This document shows positions 29,313 to 45,335 of a stretch of 64,000 bases of DNA, in pieces. The notes beneath the pieces were generated by a model, which worked only from the letters and a program-made list of their open reading frames with translations, searched no databases and was not told where the DNA came from. Origin of the DNA: the human T2T-CHM13v2.0 reference genome, Homo sapiens. Each line of letters begins with the position of its first letter. Position 1 is the first letter of the stretch. The stretch lies in the NCBI RefSeq assembly GCF_009914755.1, contig NC_060935.1. One strand, 5' to 3'. A program made the translations under genes and the position numbers.

Positions 29313-29879
29313 CAAGTGTTGAACTACCAGTTTGTTATAACTGCCAATCAAATGTGCCCTGGGACAAACTGTGTCTGCCATCACCTGCCACCCCCATTCC
29401 AAGTACTAAATTGCACTATAAAAGCAGGACTTTTAACAGGGTCAGCTGTAGCATGGGTGCCCCAGAGCCCTGCCCCCAGTCAGGAAAGCTCTCAGGATTC
29501 ACAAAGACTCCAGATGCTTCCAGGGTTCAGCATTCTCCTCTGGGAACAGGGAAGGTATCGCCAACCGCTTCAGCCCTCAGGGAGCTCCTGGTTGAGAGGG
29601 AACAGCCTTTCCTATGGTTAGGTGCAATCACAAAGAAGATACTAGTGCTCTAACAGGTTTTGAGACTTATGTGTGCCAGACCCTGTGCTAAAGTCTTATT
29701 GACTCTTCATAGCTGTTGGAGGCATGTGTTGATAATGCTCACTGTTTTACAGATGCTTAAAGAAATTTGGTGTCTGTCAAAGCCTCTAAGGATAGGTCTT
29801 ATCTGCTGCCTTCCTTCCTCCTCCGTGCAACCATTCATTACCTCTCTGTCCTCTTGCTCACTCCTCTTTGCCCTCCTCA

Positions 29880-30285
29880 TGTCCCCAAGCACTCAGGCAC
29901 ACTCTTGCCCCAAGGCTGTTGCTGTTCCTGCTGCCTGAACCTCTCTTCTTCTTGATATCCATGTAACTGGTCCCCTAGTTCTCTTCAAGGCCTTCCTCAG
30001 TGTCACCTCTAACAAGATCTTCCTTGGTTACCCAATCCAACATTGCAATTCTCATTTCTTCATGTGCCCCTTCCCTGCTTTATTTCTTTTTATCGCTCAT
30101 CACTATCTAACAAGGTATATATGTGACCTATTTATTTTGTTGATCTTTTATTTTTTCACAGACTGGAAGAGCCAGGGATACAGAGTTTTTGTCCTTTTGT
30201 TCACCATTGGATATAGTTTCTTGAACTGTGACTAGCCAATAGTAGGTATTTACTAAATATTTGTTGAATGAATAAATGAATGAAT
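29880..30285 (+). mobile_element. L2 3' end
   Basis: ttgctgttcctgctgcctgaac, ccctgctttattt, ending in aaatatttgttgaatgaataaatgaatgaat. Confidence 0.75.
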
Positions 30286-32194
30286 AGCTAAATTAGTGAT
30301 AGAATAAATTTGCTAGAATTTTCTCTCTCAAAGATAACAAGTAATGTGGTTCAAATGTATAGTCAGTCTACAGGCTATGCATTAATCTTCCAAGCCAAGG
30401 GCCAGGTAGTAGGTAAGATTTGCACTTGCTCTTTAAACATGATAGGTGTTGGTAAATTGCTCAAGGGTAGAAAAGGCAAGGCACTCATGAGGGCATGGAA
30501 GCAGAGAGACAGCCAGGCACATCCTTTTCTCTACTGTCCTGGTTTGCTTGGGAATTTGCCTTGCCAAGCATCTATTTAAGACAGCGTTATCCCATATCCA
30601 GTCATGGGTGTTTTATGCTATACAGCAAAGCCCTTTCAGAGCCACCTCTGGACATGTAGTTGCCTAGCAAATAACCTTTCCATCTTGAGTTCATAACTGA
30701 TATTTGAATGTGACTGGGCATTTCTAAAATTAAGCTTTTGATCCTGGAAACATTCACAGCTCTACTAGAGAAATTGTCATTCTTTCTCTACTCCTCTCTC
30801 CACGTGCTTGTTAGATTTTTCCATACGTTGTTTATAATAACTTTTCCTTGTGGTTGAAGATAACAGATTTTTGCTTTTAATTCAAGAAATGTCGTCTGCT
30901 GTAATGTTTTGCAACATGATACTTTCCAAGTTTCAAAGCGAGCTTGTGTTGTGGGATTGTGTTTTTGCATCTGAAACTGTAGGGGTGGTGATAATATCCC
31001 GATCTACAGAGTGCAGATCCTCTGCCCTTCCATCCCTGTCAGTGTGTTTAAGGGAACGTAAAGGATTTTTCTGTCATTGTAATTTAAATTCAGAAGGAGT
31101 CTATTTGTATGGTAATCATGAGCTAAGGAAAACAGTGTTTCATTTCTCTCTGGGATTTGTTTTCTGACATCTTCACATTCTCTACTACTTTAACCTGGCA
31201 ACAGCATATTAACAGCAATTCATACTCTGTATTTTAACATGTAGAACAGTACCCAGAAGATTAATACATGATGAGGAGAAAGAAGTAAGAAGGGAGGTTG
31301 AGGCCATAATTAATTTTGCTTTCATGCACCATATGCTGGTGTTTTCTGATCTTAACTGAAATTAGGGTCACCACTGAGTTTTCAATATTTAAAAAAATGA
31401 CCGTACATAGTGAAGCACAAATAAAATTGCCCTTCTTTTGAATATTAAGCTTCCAACTTGGGGATGCAAATTATATTCTTGTTGTTTGGATTCATTATTT
31501 TTCAATGAGGCTCTTTTAGTGGGTGGGGAACGGGGGCTACCAGTGAGAACAATCAGAAAGAACTCCGCTAACTAACTGCTTGTTGGCCTGCCCTGAACAG
31601 TGGAAAGATGAATAGTTAAGAGGCTTCTCTCCCAATCTAAGTAATTACTGCATGTTCTTGTTTTAAATGAGAGAGTTGTGAGGCTAGGGGTTATATCTTC
31701 AATCACCCCAAATGACACCTCCTTGTTCACAAAACGAATTCAATTAGATTAATTTCCCCAGATGATCCTATTAGGTGAGACGATTCACATAATACGTAAG
31801 GTCTCTTTAGATCAAGGGTCTTATGCTCAGACCTTATGCTGCCTACATGAGCAGATAGGTAACATTAGGGAGTGAAATGTGGCTGGTCATCGAGCTGCTT
31901 CTCCCAAGAAAGCAGGGCATTGGCTTTGAAGTTCTGGCTGGAAGCTTTACTGTAAACCAATAAAGGTGGCCAAATAGCCAGTCTCACCCTGCCTAAAAGG
32001 GGGCAGCCGCTATTTAATCCCAACAGATGATTGACTCTGGAAGGTTGCCCTGAAGTTGCCATATTGCATTCTTCAAGAGACTCTACAAAGTACTGTTTTC
32101 TTGTGAAATCCCCTGATTATTATACATGTTAGTTCAAATTGAAAAGAAGCAATATTTTGTGCCAGCCAAGCAAAACATGCCTATAGCCTTAAAA

Positions 32195-32810
32195 TTGGCA
32201 GGTCTGGGATCAAAAAGAGAATAAAGGGAGGCTACATACGGCAAGTGTAAAACTGTAAAATGTAATAAATAAAACTAATAAAATATGTTCTGTCTTCCAA
32301 CTTTGACAGATGTTCAAACCTGAAAGACCAGGTTTGAAATTTTTAGTTGTTTCAGCCCTCTGAGTACCAGCACGAGGTAGAGGGAGGAGAGCAGGCCCTA
32401 CCTCCCCTGCTTCTGCCCTCTCCCCTTCTCACCCCCAGCTGTGTACCACATGCATGTATGTAGAGACCCCAGGCCCACACTCTGCTCTGTCCCTCATCAA
32501 CAGCCATCCTTCTGCCAACCTTCTGCCCTGGGTATTATGAGGCACGGGCTGCCCTAGAGATAATGGATCATGTGAAGAGACCCACTTGGCCCTGAAACAG
32601 AGTAGGTGGGCATTTGAGCAGATAATTTCAGAATTCCTGGAACTAGAGTTTGGTCTAGAATCTAGATTTAGCTGATGTGTGGAGGGCTGTGCAGAGGCTC
32701 TGGGGGGCACATCTCCTTGGCTTCTTGGGCTCCTGGCCCTGTGTGGAGAGGCATGGTAAAGGAGACAGGTAGACATCTTCGGCCTTGGCTGGAATCTACA
32801 AGCAGTACTA
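32195..32810 (+). mobile_element. MER115-like (hAT-Tip100) fossil
   Basis: ataaaatatgttctgtcttcc, gaagagacccacttggccctgaaa, catttgagcag and gggcacatctccttgg resemble the remembered MER115 consensus, with CpG decay. Confidence 0.55.
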
Positions 32811-34389
32811 GCTTGAGCACTTGATTTATAGAATATTTGTTCCAGATGAGACCTTAGAGTGTTTTATTAATCCCAAGGCCTCAGTATACGCAGAAGGATC
32901 CTGTCTGATGAGAAATAGAAGAATTACAGGCTTTTTAGTCAGATATATCTGAACTTAATCCATAGTCCAGTCATTTACCATGTTGGTGACTTGTTACTTA
33001 GCTTCCCTAAGCCTTGTTGTGCCCCTCAGGAAAATGGAGATGAAGTGGATTTTATACTGTCGTATCAAGGGCTTTTATCACCCGTTATGCTCTTGAGACC
33101 TTTGAACAGTGGGTCATCCTGACAGAATACCCTCCCTAGGGAAGGTCTATTCCATGTGACTCTCTCTCAGGCACAGTTGTTTGCTTAAGCTCTTCTGATT
33201 AAATACAAGGACATTCTTAGGCTTCCCTTTCAGTCCTTGAATTATCTTTTTATTTTTCATAAGAAAAGGGAGCAGCAAAGAAAGGAAATTCGCAAAATGA
33301 TGTTGCTTAAACCTCAAAAAGTTCATGCCTTTTCCCTGAACTGATGATGATAACTTTTCAACTTTTAGGGCACTTATAACAATTTTCAAAGCATTTTGTA
33401 ATTTTAAAAATTAATTTGTACAAAGTACTTGGCACATAGATTATTGGCTAAGTTTCCCTAGAAACCTATAGCAGTGTAACTTTTATGAATCACCTCAGTA
33501 AAAGATCTTTCTGAAAAAGTCTTTTGTTTTGCTTTGTTTTTGACTTGGGAAGGTAGGGAAGAAGTGAGAGAGGGGGTATTTTCCTTACTAAGTGAAAAAC
33601 ATATTTTAAATGTAATTTAAACCAAAGCTTATCTGAAGTGATAAGACTGGTTATTTGTGTGGAATTTAAAATTTAATAAAGAAGTGAGAGAAGTTGGCAT
33701 TTGCAGTTTTTATTGGCCAACAGTGTCAACCATGTATTGTTGGCATCAAGCTTATATTCTCTTATTTAGTATATTAAGTCAATTGATTAAAAGCAGAAAG
33801 CCTGGCTAATTAGACTGCCAAGATCTTAATGTTAACTGTCAGATTCTAAAGCTGTATAAGCCTGAAAACACCTTTATAGATTACTTCTTCTGGGTGCCAA
33901 ATGGTTCTAAATGCTGAAAAATGTCATAATTGTCCCCCCTTCTTCTGAGAAAGGTAATAGATACTATTGGATATCCACTTCCTTACAGACTCATTCACAT
34001 TTTTTCTTGTCCTGGATAGTATCCCCACTATCAGGGCATTTTCATTTAGGGCCAGCAATAATCCGTATTTTGGTTCAAGCAGAACTAGTTGTAGATTACA
34101 ATATTTCAAGCCAAGGTTCCCATTCAAACTGTTTTCTGCTGCTTTAATCGTAAAGGAACCATTTACTCTTACAATGCTGGAAATTAAGGATTTATTTTTC
34201 ACTTACCACCATTTTCACTGGTATTTCAGCAGTCATTGAAGTACCTTTCTCTCCTCTTCGGTTACATGGCCCCATTGAGCTGGAAGATGGATTATGCAGT
34301 GAGACTCAGTTTATGGTAGAGGAAGACATATGACAATGTTATGACTTTGGCATTTACTTAAGGTACAGGTTGATGATGATGATGATAAC

Positions 34390-34860
34390 TTATATCTTGG
34401 TTTATCTTTGCCAAACATACTTAGCATTCATTATTTAATGCTCACAATAACACACTGAAGTGATATTATATAATGTGGCATTATATAATCACTCCAAGTT
34501 TGTCATTGAAGAAATTAATGTTTAGAAATCTAACTTGCCAGAGTCAGTTAGTAAATAGAAGAATCAGGACCCAAGGCCAGATTCATTGACTCAAGATCCT
34601 GTTTTTTTGTACAATACACCGTGGATAGAGAGATTAATGATACCCAACATTTTTTAGTAATAGGAACGCTTTACATATATACTCTCATTTCATTTCATTC
34701 CAATAAGCCAGAGGAGGGCATTATGATTAGCTGCATTTTATAAACAAGGGTACTGAAGCTCAGAGAGTTTTAGAAATGGGCCATAATCACACAGCCTGTA
34801 AATGGAAGAGTTAGGATTAATCCCACTTCTGATATACTCTAGAGCTTGTAGAGTCTGCAT
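34390..34860 (-). mobile_element. Two adjacent MIR relics
   Basis: atttaatgctcacaataac; cattttataaacaagggtactgaagctcagagag. Confidence 0.6.
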
Positions 34861-36210
34861 TGTCTCTTGACCTGAAAAGGGAAAAACTTTCAAGAATTAA
34901 AAGCCAATTTTTGTTTTAAATCACTTTAAATGGTATTTCACAGATAATGCTAAGAAATTAGGCTGTAAAAGAAATGTCAAGGTGTATGTATTTGAGTTCC
35001 CCAAGCAAAATTTCCAAAAGGGTTCTTTTTTTCACATATATGAGCATTGTGTACTGTATTACCACTCAGTTTAAAGAAATAGAACACCAGCCAAGAGAGA
35101 AGAGCCAGCAAGCTGCTCACTGTGATGTTGTAAATGTTCAGTGATTAGAGTGGATAATTATTGATATTATTTTGTAATTTATTTTGCAGAGGATATATCT
35201 ATCTGCAGATTTAAATATATATACTGGCTCAAGATGCAGAATCTTTTCCAGGGAAATTTTCATAGTTGTCCTCATTCTAAAACTGCTGTCTTGTGACTTC
35301 ATTGCATTAGACTATGATGACCACTGGGAGTATTGGCCAAATCCTCCTCCCTGCTGACCTGAGTAGCCTCTCTGCAGAGTCCCCTGCTAAGACAGTCATT
35401 CACAAACAATAGGTGGCCATTGCCAGCAATTTGAGCACAGCAGTCCTCATACTTGGCAGCAGTTACCAGCAATTGGCAAGCTATTACCCAAATCTCCTGC
35501 CAAGTGAAAGCTAGGACTTTTAGAATTACCTTGTTCCTTTCACCTGGTTGCCACATTTATCTTTTTTTTTTTTTTTTTTTAAAAGAGAGTGTTTTGTGTG
35601 CAAGTGTACTTCTTTATAGGCTTCATGCTAAAATGTCCCTGGCATGGGTATATTTGGGTCTTTAAAGTGCTTAGCAAAAGGAGTGCCCTTCCATATTGAA
35701 ATGCAAATCTTTCCTTGGGTATTAAATTTGATTTGGAAGCCCTCTTCTTCTTGATTTATTGATATCACCTTGAAATCACACCATCCTCAGTCTTTAAGCA
35801 TCGCCCAGTCCCCGTATTCTGAACTATCTGGCCAAGATGAGGCTGAGTCTCAGACAGAGTGTTGATACCTGTCCACCCATTATTCTTCACAGCCCTGATC
35901 TGATCCCTGTGAGGCAGGGCTGAGCTCCAAAGGTTAGTTAGAGACCAATTGGAGGTGAGCAAATACCTCAATTACAGCAGGTATCTGGATCCTGTCTGAA
36001 TTTCACCTTCTGAAAGAACCTGTAGTAGAAATACAAGGTTCAAACTTGCATTCTCTAGGGCTTTCTAAATCTCTCTACTCTGGGAAAACTATTCTGTAAA
36101 TGTCTATCCATCTTGGTTGCATTTAAAATATGGGGCCTCATTCTCCTCTGCCTTCCATCTGATTGCAACTTGGGCCTAGGTGATCTTGGTCCCATGTTTT
36201 TTTTGTTTTG

Positions 36211-36214
<4 letters not shown>

Positions 36215-36256
<42 letters not shown>
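36215..36256. repeat. (GT)21 microsatellite
   Basis: Direct read. Confidence 0.97.
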
Positions 36257-36261
<5 letters not shown>

Positions 36262-37576
36262 CATCAATAAACTTTTCTTCAAGCCTTCTGCTGAAATTTG
36301 GATTAACTCAATTTTCATAGACCCTGCAGTTCAACCTTCTGTATTTTACAATGACTCCTGCTATTGTAGAAATAGAAGACAAGTGAGGAATCTTTCCTTT
36401 TACAATTCTGTATTATCTTAAAACATTCAAAGAAACCATTTCTTACTGAAACAGCTGTACTTGGTTATGTTATTAGAGGAGACACACTATGGACTTATTT
36501 TGACAGTGAAATATATTTAGACTAAAATTTTAAATTACTCATCTAGCTAAGGTGTGTTGCTATTCCATAATACTTCTCAAGTGTTTTGTGTTTCAACTTT
36601 CGGGTTTCTTTAAGAAAACAAAAACAAAAACAAAGAAAACTCCATCAGGTTAGAATAGAATGTGAGAAATTTGGTGTATAAGATAAATCTGTCTTTATGT
36701 TTCTCCAGGCAAATAATGTTTTATACTAGAGCAGGCTTCCTGCCTTTGGTATGCTCAGATAAATTAATTTGACTGTTTATGATGTTATTTAATTTTCAAT
36801 AATTATTCAAGCATATATAACCACAGACATCTATGTAGTAGGCAGATGGATCAGCAATTGTGCATGTAATTAGAAATAATCCTTGAAATACAAAAGTAGA
36901 TTTTAATATTCAGCATCTAAAAAATTGCTAACATTACAAATTGCCCATACCCCGTGGTTGCAGCCAGTGATGTAAAAATTTAAATACAAGAATTCAAATG
37001 AAAATTTCTGCCTTCTCAGCATCAAGCAGTTATTGAATAACAGTAGAAAATCATGGACAAGTCACTTAAAGAGACACATTCTTTCTCTCTTAAAATAAAG
37101 ATTTGATGTGTTTTTAATGAATTACAATGTGAATAAATAAATTGTAAATAATTTAGATTGGAGTGCTCTTTGTAAAAGTCACATACTCACATGGAAAATA
37201 TTAAATGGGAATTATATTAGTAAATACAAGCTCACTTTTCAAAATCTTATAGAGAAAGAAACAAAAAATATTCTATTTTTGGTTCTTAAAATGTATGCTA
37301 GAACTTATATTTACTATTGCCAATAAAATAGGGAATGTACTTTATTCATTTTCTGTTGAGAGAGAGGGAAAGATGAAAATGAGTTCATATGGTAAAATGA
37401 GTTATGATTTTTAGATTACTGAGTTCTGAATTCAAGTTCATGGTCTGCTATTTACAAGATAAATAACAAAGCCTTTAATCTTAAAGTCTCAGGATTTGTT
37501 GACATTTTTGCTGTAATGCCTACTGTTTATGTTTAGCACTATCTAACATGGTCCCTGACACTTTCATAATATCTTA

Positions 37577-37891
<315 letters not shown>

Positions 37892-38475
37892 TCAGCTTCT
37901 TCTCATTCCTAAGCCAAAAAAACAAAACAGGTTTTTCAAGGAGTAATATCACCACCTTATGGCCTTTTACAATAATGCTGGGAAAAATTAATATTCCAGT
38001 TGTATTTTTGCAACTATAAACATCAATTCTTTACTCTTAGATCAAAGGTCACATCTTGTTCATATATAAGATATTTTCTATCTTTTCTTTTTGAAGTAAT
38101 AATAAGCCCAATATCAGGTATCACAAATGTTTGCAGAGTTCCTGCTTAGTGCCAAAAGATGTATCTCACATCTCTACTTCATTAGATACAAAGATGAATA
38201 AGGCACAAGTATTAGCTTCAAAGAGCTTAGAGTTTGGAGGGCTGTTTCTTCCAGAAAGAAGGAATTCATGGCTAGTGTGTTCTGACATTGGGTTCTGTAG
38301 GTTACCGGGCATCTGTTCAACTTTAGAATGTGAGAAGGCTGGTAGTACACATTAAAACCAGATGTTTCTGTGCAAAACAATGAAGGAACCTGGGCCTTGG
38401 GCCCTTGGCCACACTGGGAGCAGACCTAAACTCTAGGGAGCATTGATGGGAAAATTGTAGACATAAATTCTAGAA

Positions 38476-38610
38476 TCTCCCTCCCTTCCTTCCTTCCTTC
38501 CTTCCTTCCTTTTTCGTTGTTTCTTTCTTTCTCCCTTTCTCTCTCTCTTTCTCTCTTTCTTTCTCCTTCCTTCCTTCCTTCTTTCTTTTTTCTTTCTTTC
38601 TCTTTTTTTT
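38476..38610. repeat. Polypyrimidine compound microsatellite (CCTT/CT/CTTT), derived from an Alu tail
   Basis: About 135 nt, almost purely C/T, abutting the 3' end of a minus-strand Alu. Confidence 0.9.
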
Positions 38611-38912
<302 letters not shown>

Positions 38913-38968
38913 TGAGATGCAGGGCAGGATAGGATTTGGTTCAGGGAAGAAAGAAAATGAATGGAGGA

Positions 38969-39293
<325 letters not shown>

Positions 39294-40644
39294 TTAACTG
39301 TCTATTTCAAAGCCATTACTAGAGGGGATACTGTAGAAGTAGGGAGCAACCCCTGGCTTAGTGCATGAGATCAATGCTGGTAGCAGTTATAGCCTAACTC
39401 TAATACCAATTTTGATCTCACTTCTTCTAAACATAATGTAAAAGTCAGGAGTATATTCTCTGCCCCGCTTTTGTGCCAGGCCTTATATTGTCTATTGCCC
39501 ATACATGCTGGTTACAGGCAAAGTCTCCTTTCCTTATGAAGAACCGTGTGCTATCTGTGTCATGGTGCGTTGTTGCCAGTCTCTTTGATGGCCATGTGCA
39601 CTGCTGCGCTTGTCACTACAGAAGTGTGAAGCATCTTCTCTGCAGCTTCTGATCCTGCCGTGTCTGCTGCACTGAAGCTCATAATCTGCGAGAGAAGATG
39701 CCACTGGGGATTAAAGCGCCAGCAGCATCATTTTATTCATTTGTCTGACTGTGCTAATTTGCCAGTATCTTAGGAAGAAAATACTACTACAGAGCAATGG
39801 TTTTCAATCCTATGGTCATGACAAAAGCTTTGAGACCACACACACCCACTATACACACCAATCAACTCTTGTTTCAATTTTTTCCCATTATATCTAGGAC
39901 TAGTTGGTGCTTTCAATTGAAAATTTGCAGGTACTGCAAACCCAGAGAAAAATGTTCTCTTCCTGGAATATGAGATAACTTGATGAGATGATGCTGCGAT
40001 TCTGTGATTGTCACTACAATAATGTAATAGGGATTGTATTGCAGCATTAACGATTTCAATAGCTGAGTGGGAAATGAGAAAATATGTTTCCTTTGGTTAC
40101 GGTTAGTAGTAATATTATGTAACTTTGCATTGGAAATAACTTAAACTGTGTGCCTTAAAATTAGTTTTAAATTGAAATGGGAAGCTGTGGTTATTTGAAG
40201 ATGTTTTTCTTTTTTATTAAGCCAAGTGCCCTCTGGGATAACAGTTTGCGTACCTCTAACTCCTGGGCCAAATCTAGTTTTTCTTTAAGGCTTGTATTGG
40301 TTTGTTCATTCAGGTGTGTCTAGGCCACCTTCTGGTCATTTCCTTTTCAGCTAACACCCAGAGCCAAGCTCAGCAGAGAACTTGCTCTCTTATCACTGCC
40401 CCTTTGTGCCTTGTGTCTGAGCAGACAAGGAAAGCAGTGGCCTGTGTTGACTAATCCTGGCAGCTACTCTTCTTCCTCAAGACTGGGTCAGAGCCCTGCT
40501 CAGTCATTGGCAGAATCAGCAGGATTCACAGACTCATTCCAAGGCTTTTATGCAGTTCTGTGTTTTTAATGAAAAACACACAAACACACATAAAATTACC
40601 ACACTCACCACAGACCTTACATTATGTCGTTCCTTTCTATAGCC

Positions 40645-40880
40645 TATTGGTTAAGAGTGTGATTTTGCATTTATATCCCAGCTCTGCCACTAGTGGCTTG
40701 TGACCAGGCAAGGTAAGCATAAACCTTAACAGCCTCGGTCTGCTCGGTTTAAAAATAGGACTGATAATAGTACTGTTTATTGTGGATTACGGTGAGTGTT
40801 ATATGAGGTCATGAAGGAAACAGTGCTTAATTCAGCACCTGGGACATAATAAGTGCTCAACAAATGTTGGCTATGATGAT
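40645..40880 (+). mobile_element. MIR
   Basis: tcccagctctgccact...cctcggtctgctcggtttaaaaatagg...aagtgctcaacaaatgtt. Confidence 0.7.
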
Positions 40881-43174
40881 TGTTTTATGAGTTTGCTCAT
40901 AGCCAACTCAGTTTACTGTAGAGGGCTGCACTTTTCTGGAAACCATATCAAGTAAAGGCTATTCTCCTGTTCTGCATAACCTGGAGGAAGAGGATTCAAG
41001 GTGACTTATATCCAGGCTCTTCTTTTAAATTTTTGCTATTCTTTTAGCTGTTATCTACCAGACTCCTGGATGTTTTCCCACCAGTCACGTGCCCTGTGCC
41101 TTGCTTGCCGTCATCCTCTCTGTCCTTGCCCTCACCATTTGTCTCAGTGCCTACAATGCCTCCATGGGTCATTTCCATCTAAGTCATTTCTATTCTTCAG
41201 CCCATTTCCTTGGCAAAGATGGTATGTTTTTATCAAGTCCTATTCCTGACACTGAATTCTCATAATCCTTTGGTTCTCTTTTTCTGTTTACATGCCTCCC
41301 TACCCATTGAAAAGCTGTGGTGATTTGTTAATTAATTCATGTATTCATCTTCTGATATCAGAAATATCTGTGAGGCCCTACACTGAGCGTGGTACTCTCC
41401 AAGGTGCTGGAATACTACAAGGAACCTTTGTTTCATGAACATGCTTAAGTTTCCACACGCAATTTATCATGCTGTAACTCTGGGTCCCTGCAGTCCTTGG
41501 TTGTAACTGCTCTTTTTAGGCTGCCAAGCCCACCACAGGAGAGAAAAAGGTCACAGAATTGCTAATCAGCTCCATTACATATTATTCCTCGAAAATGCTC
41601 CATGATTGCCCAATTACAACACTCATAACACCCTAAAATGTAATGTACCATTTACATATCTGTCTCCCAGCTCTGCCCTGAGCTCCTGACACTGCCTCAT
41701 TTGTTTATGCCCCTGATCTAAACCTGGCTTAGAGTAGGGATTCAATGAATATTTGTTGAATTCATATCAACTCATTCATATCTTGTTTTCAGCTTTGTAA
41801 CTGGTCTCTAACTTCTGCTTGGCAAACCCATTTTTCATAGTTTTCATCTTTCTTTCGCTATCTATTGCATTCTTCCCTGTTTCTACTTGAAACTTTTCTA
41901 CTTTCCTGTACAGCCCCTCCTCCATCTTCACCTTCTGCAGAATAACTTGGTTCGGATTTTATGGAGGATGTTGACTCCATCTGACATAAGTTTCCTGGCC
42001 TTACCATTATGCTGCTTATTACCTTCACGGTACCTCACTACCACCCTGTTATAGGAGCCAGAGAAGTGACCTCAGGTCTTTCCGTCTCCCAGGATTCCCC
42101 TCCACCTGTGACTCCCACTGTGCCCGGGCTGATGACCTGTAATAAAGCAAAGACTTAAAGAGAGTTTGTTGAATCCCTTTCCAAGGAGCTGTTCAGATTA
42201 CTTACCTTAGACTGACAAGATTTCGTGGTGCAGTGGCTCCATACATTGTATCGCCATGTCCCCACTGCTGTGACCAACTCTCAAGCCAGAAGTCAGCCAG
42301 ATTTCTCTCCAGTTGAACCCCAGGCCACTGATCTCCTTAGCTCTGACCTTCCCAAGATGAGGTTGGTCCATTCTTGATAAATTCTGTATCAGATTCTGTG
42401 CCCCACCTGAATCCAGCCATGCTGCAGGTATAGACTGCAGCTCTCTGCCCCAGTCAGACTGTAGGATGCCTTTAAATTCCTGAGCATTAGTGGAGGTGAT
42501 AAAACTTGCACTTTTGTCCTGATGTGGAAGGGAGGAAAATGAAATCCTGTGATGTCTTAAAATGTCCTGAAATCTTGGCCTATGATATACTAGGAACCTA
42601 GAAATGTTCTGAATTTAATAAGGAAAATAAAAGAGCCAATCCTCTATTCCTGAGGGCTAACTTATTTGAAGTGAAGATTCACCAGGATTGCCTTTGACAA
42701 AATGTGAGCCTGAAGGCTCTTGCCACATATTATATGAGCCTTATTTTGGAGTGGCTTCTTTTATTTGGCCAGGCTAGATATCTCCTGTTATCACATTCAG
42801 GCATTTGCTGCTGCCCCCTGGTTTGTGAGACATGCTTAGAGATATGAATCAGCCTATAAAGCGCATCTTTCTTTAGGAAAGTCCTGGGCTTGCCAGGCAT
42901 GCAAAAGACTGTGATCCCCAGGAGAGCAGAGGGTACTTTCTGTCCTCACAGAGGCACTTAGTTGTCAGGATGCTTATTCCAGGAAGCTTAATTACAAACC
43001 ACTGATAGGAATTTATTTTAGTAACTATAGAAAATGTTTATTTAGGTAAGAAGGAATTTTCCATTCCTGAAGATAAGCTCTTGCTTAACTAGCATTCAAT
43101 TACTTTTCAAATGGTCTCAGAAGCCAAAGTGTGAGTGTGGTATGTGATAGATTCATATGTGCACGTGTTGTGTT

Positions 43175-43176
<2 letters not shown>

Positions 43177-43208
<32 letters not shown>
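43177..43208. repeat. (TG)16 microsatellite within a TG-rich tract 43129-43224
   Basis: Direct read. Confidence 0.95.
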
Positions 43209-43212
<4 letters not shown>

Positions 43213-43914
43213 CACGTGTGTGTTTAAGCTGCTGAGTACTTAAAACCTGCTTTTGTATTGTGATGGTTATTTCTAGTAGGAAATAAGGCTGTCCAATTCA
43301 TCTCTGGCACTGAGCAAGCCCTATTTGTCTCTGGCATGAAGCAGGCTTAGCTCATCTGGTGCTGTCTCTGGTTATCATACTACTCAGCAGGGGTAATTTG
43401 TTTTGTTTTATTTCTGTCCCGAAAGGTAATTAATAATACAAGGACAAAATTGTTTGTGTAGTGTTTTTATATTTTTGATTACCCAAAGAAGTATTTTTCA
43501 GGAGCCTTTCCAAATAGCTGCTTTGCACCTGGCTGGAAAACTGTACTCCTCGGCGACAAAGAGCTAACTTTTGGAACCCTTCCAGGGGTCCAATTCTTTA
43601 CCTTCATGCACCTCTGAGCCCCATTCAATGTGGGTCAAGGAGGATTTTTAGAGGGTATTAATATCAGTGAAAAGTCTTTGGTGCATAGTAACACTGAGCC
43701 AGAATGATTTTCTGGCTTCTGGCAGTGATTTAAAGAAATCCTTTGGAACGCTGTTACATGCTAGGTGTCCTGCTAAGTTCCTTCTATACATCTTACTTAA
43801 TTGTCACAACAACCAATAAGGTTGCTATTACTATTCTCCATTTAAGAGGTGAGGAAATTGAGATTTATGATAATATAGTATTTAAAACATGCTTTTTGTT
43901 ATTTGTGTGTGCGT

Positions 43915-45335
<1,421 letters not shown>

